Part shown: in pieces, positions 21,279 through 24,000 of the stretch
Position numbering within the stretch: position 1 is the first letter of the stretch
Layout: every line of letters starts with the position of its first letter
NCBI RefSeq assembly: GCF_036494765.1
Contig: NZ_AP027487.1
Source of the DNA: Escherichia coli
Lineage (GTDB): Bacteria; Pseudomonadota; Gammaproteobacteria; Enterobacterales; Enterobacteriaceae
Length of the DNA stretch: 24,000 nucleotides
Reading direction: 5' to 3' (one strand)
Notes under the pieces: generated by a model
Databases searched by the model: none
What the model saw: only the letters and a program-made list of their open reading frames with translations
Told to the model about the DNA's origin: nothing
Position numbers and translations under genes: made by a program

Positions 21279-21405
21279 GATGAATGAAGGTTTCTGAACC
21301 TGAAGAACGACCTGAAAAAGTCAAACCGCAAGAATATCACGACGCAGTGAACCAGAATAGCAACGACGAAAATGTCCAGGAAAAATCCTGGAGTCAGATT
21401 CAGGG

Positions 21406-22053
21406 TTATTCGTTAGTGGCAGGATTACGAAGCGTGGGGCACAGGAGATACATCTCCAGTAAGATGGCAACGTAATCGCGGGCTTCTTTTTTAAGATCAA
21501 AAGATTGCGGGGCAAAGAGCCAGTTTTCCATCAGGCCGGAAATATAGCCGCGCATAATAATTGCTGCGCGACGCGTCATTAAATCCGCAGGCAACATTTT
21601 CGCTTCAATACAATGTTTTAACGTTTGTTCTATACGGTCATAACTTTCCAGACAGAGATTACGTTGTGCCTGTTGCACAACAGCCATTTCTCCGACAAAT
21701 TCGCATTTGTGGAATATAATCTCCATCAATAATCGACGCCGTTCTTCTGTCACCGTGGATTCAAGAACATGAATTAATATCTCTCTTAATACTGAGAGTG
21801 GATCGCCAGGGAATTTTGCCTGATACTCAAGCTCTAGTTCACCAATATTGGATTCTGACAGTTCCCAGATCTCACTGAACAAATCCGACTTGTCTTTAAA
21901 ATGCCAGTAGATTGCACCGCGCGTAACGCCAGCTGCTTTTGCAATCTCGCCCAGCGAGGTGGATGATACCCCCTGCTGTGAGAAAAGACGTAGAGCCACA
22001 TCGAGGATGTGTTGGCGCGTTTCTTGCGCTTCTTGTTTGGTTTTTCGTGCCAT
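21406..22053 (-). CDS. acrR: AcrR, TetR-family repressor of acrAB
   Basis: 215-aa ORF with TetR HTH ([30 protein letters not shown]), divergent to acrA. Confidence 0.97.
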
Positions 22054-22081
22054 ATGTTCGTGAATTTACAGGCGTTAGATT

Positions 22082-22105
22082 TACATACATTTGTGAATGT
22101 ATGTA
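22082..22105. promoter_or_regulatory. AcrR operator in the acrR-acrA intergenic region
   Basis: 24-bp palindrome TACATACATTTGTGAATGTATGTA, the described AcrR-binding inverted repeat. Confidence 0.9.
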
Positions 22106-22194
22106 CCATAGCACGACGATAATATAAACGCAGCAATGGGTTTATTAACTTTTGACCATTGACCAATTTGAAATCGGACACTCGAGGTTTACAT

Positions 22195-23388
22195 ATGAAC
22201 AAAAACAGAGGGTTTACGCCTCTGGCGGTCGTTCTGATGCTCTCAGGCAGCTTAGCCCTAACAGGATGTGACGACAAACAGGCCCAACAAGGTGGCCAGC
22301 AGATGCCCGCCGTTGGCGTAGTAACAGTCAAAACTGAACCTCTGCAGATCACAACCGAGCTTCCGGGTCGCACCAGTGCCTACCGGATCGCAGAAGTTCG
22401 TCCTCAAGTTAGCGGGATTATCCTGAAGCGTAATTTCAAAGAAGGTAGCGACATCGAAGCAGGTGTCTCTCTCTATCAGATTGATCCTGCGACCTATCAG
22501 GCGACATACGACAGTGCGAAAGGTGATCTGGCGAAAGCCCAGGCTGCAGCCAATATCGCGCAATTGACGGTGAATCGTTATCAGAAACTGCTCGGTACTC
22601 AGTACATCAGTAAGCAAGAGTACGATCAGGCTCTGGCTGATGCGCAACAGGCGAATGCTGCGGTAACTGCGGCGAAAGCTGCCGTTGAAACTGCGCGGAT
22701 CAATCTGGCTTACACCAAAGTCACCTCTCCGATTAGCGGTCGCATTGGTAAGTCGAACGTGACGGAAGGCGCATTGGTACAGAACGGTCAGGCGACTGCG
22801 CTGGCAACCGTGCAGCAACTTGATCCGATCTACGTTGATGTGACCCAGTCCAGCAACGACTTCCTGCGCCTGAAACAGGAACTGGCGAATGGCACGCTGA
22901 AACAAGAGAACGGCAAAGCCAAAGTGTCACTGATCACCAGTGACGGCATTAAGTTCCCGCAGGACGGTACGCTGGAATTCTCTGACGTTACCGTTGATCA
23001 GACCACTGGGTCTATCACCCTACGCGCTATCTTCCCGAACCCGGATCACACTCTGCTGCCGGGTATGTTCGTGCGCGCACGTCTGGAAGAAGGGCTTAAT
23101 CCAAACGCTATTTTAGTCCCGCAACAGGGCGTAACCCGTACGCCGCGTGGCGATGCCACCGTACTGGTAGTTGGCGCGGATGACAAAGTGGAAACCCGTC
23201 CGATCGTTGCAAGCCAGGCTATTGGCGATAAGTGGCTGGTGACAGAAGGTCTGAAAGCAGGCGATCGCGTAGTAATAAGTGGGCTGCAGAAAGTGCGTCC
23301 TGGTGTCCAGGTAAAAGCACAAGAAGTTACCGCTGATAATAACCAGCAAGCCGCAAGCGGTGCTCAGCCTGAACAGTCCAAGTCTTAA
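22195..23388 (+). CDS. acrA: AcrA, periplasmic adaptor (membrane fusion) lipoprotein of the AcrAB-TolC RND efflux pump
   Basis: 397 aa starting MNKNRGFTPLAVVLMLSGSLALTGCDDKQ with lipobox LTGC; the ORF track start at 22159 adds 12 non-native residues. Confidence 0.98.
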   Translation: MNKNRGFTPLAVVLMLSGSLALTGCDDKQAQQGGQQMPAVGVVTVKTEPLQITTELPGRTSAYRIAEVRPQVSGIILKRNFKEGSDIEAGVSLYQIDPATYQATYDSAKGDLAKAQAAANIAQLTVNRYQKLLGTQYISKQEYDQALADAQQANAAVTAAKAAVETARINLAYTKVTSPISGRIGKSNVTEGALVQNGQATALATVQQLDPIYVDVTQSSNDFLRLKQELANGTLKQENGKAKVSLITSDGIKFPQDGTLEFSDVTVDQTTGSITLRAIFPNPDHTLLPGMFVRARLEEGLNPNAILVPQQGVTRTPRGDATVLVVGADDKVETRPIVASQAIGDKWLVTEGLKAGDRVVISGLQKVRPGVQVKAQEVTADNNQQAASGAQPEQSKS

Positions 23389-23407
23389 CTTAAACAGGAG
23401 CCGTTAA

Positions 23408-24000
<593 letters not shown>

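Overview
This window is a core-genome segment with Escherichia coli/Shigella-type gene content and order, given in the reverse orientation relative to the usual K-12 map. Order: ybaP(3' part)-[chiX]-ybaK-ushA-fsr-ybaL-gsk-aes-hemH-adk-htpG-recR-ybaB-dnaX-apt-ybaN-priC-ybaM-mscK-acrR-acrA-acrB(5' part). Every substantial ORF is explained by a known housekeeping, transport or efflux gene. I found no mobile element, CRISPR array, prophage, toxin/defence island or candidate new multi-gene system. The parts worth attention are non-coding or decoding signals that the ORF track does not show: (1) the ChiX small RNA (84 nt, minus strand, 527-610), whose terminator T-run overlaps the ybaP stop codon; (2) the dnaX programmed -1 frameshift cassette (A AAA AAG, Shine-Dalgarno-like stimulator, downstream hairpin); (3) a 15/19 match to the Fur box in the ybaN/priC divergent promoter region; (4) the 24-bp AcrR operator palindrome; (5) a sigma-32 promoter for htpG directly abutting a hairpin downstream of recR; (6) REP/BIME and a boxC-like repeat in three intergenic gaps; (7) several terminator hairpins. 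All homology statements come from recognising the protein and RNA sequences by eye; no database search was run.
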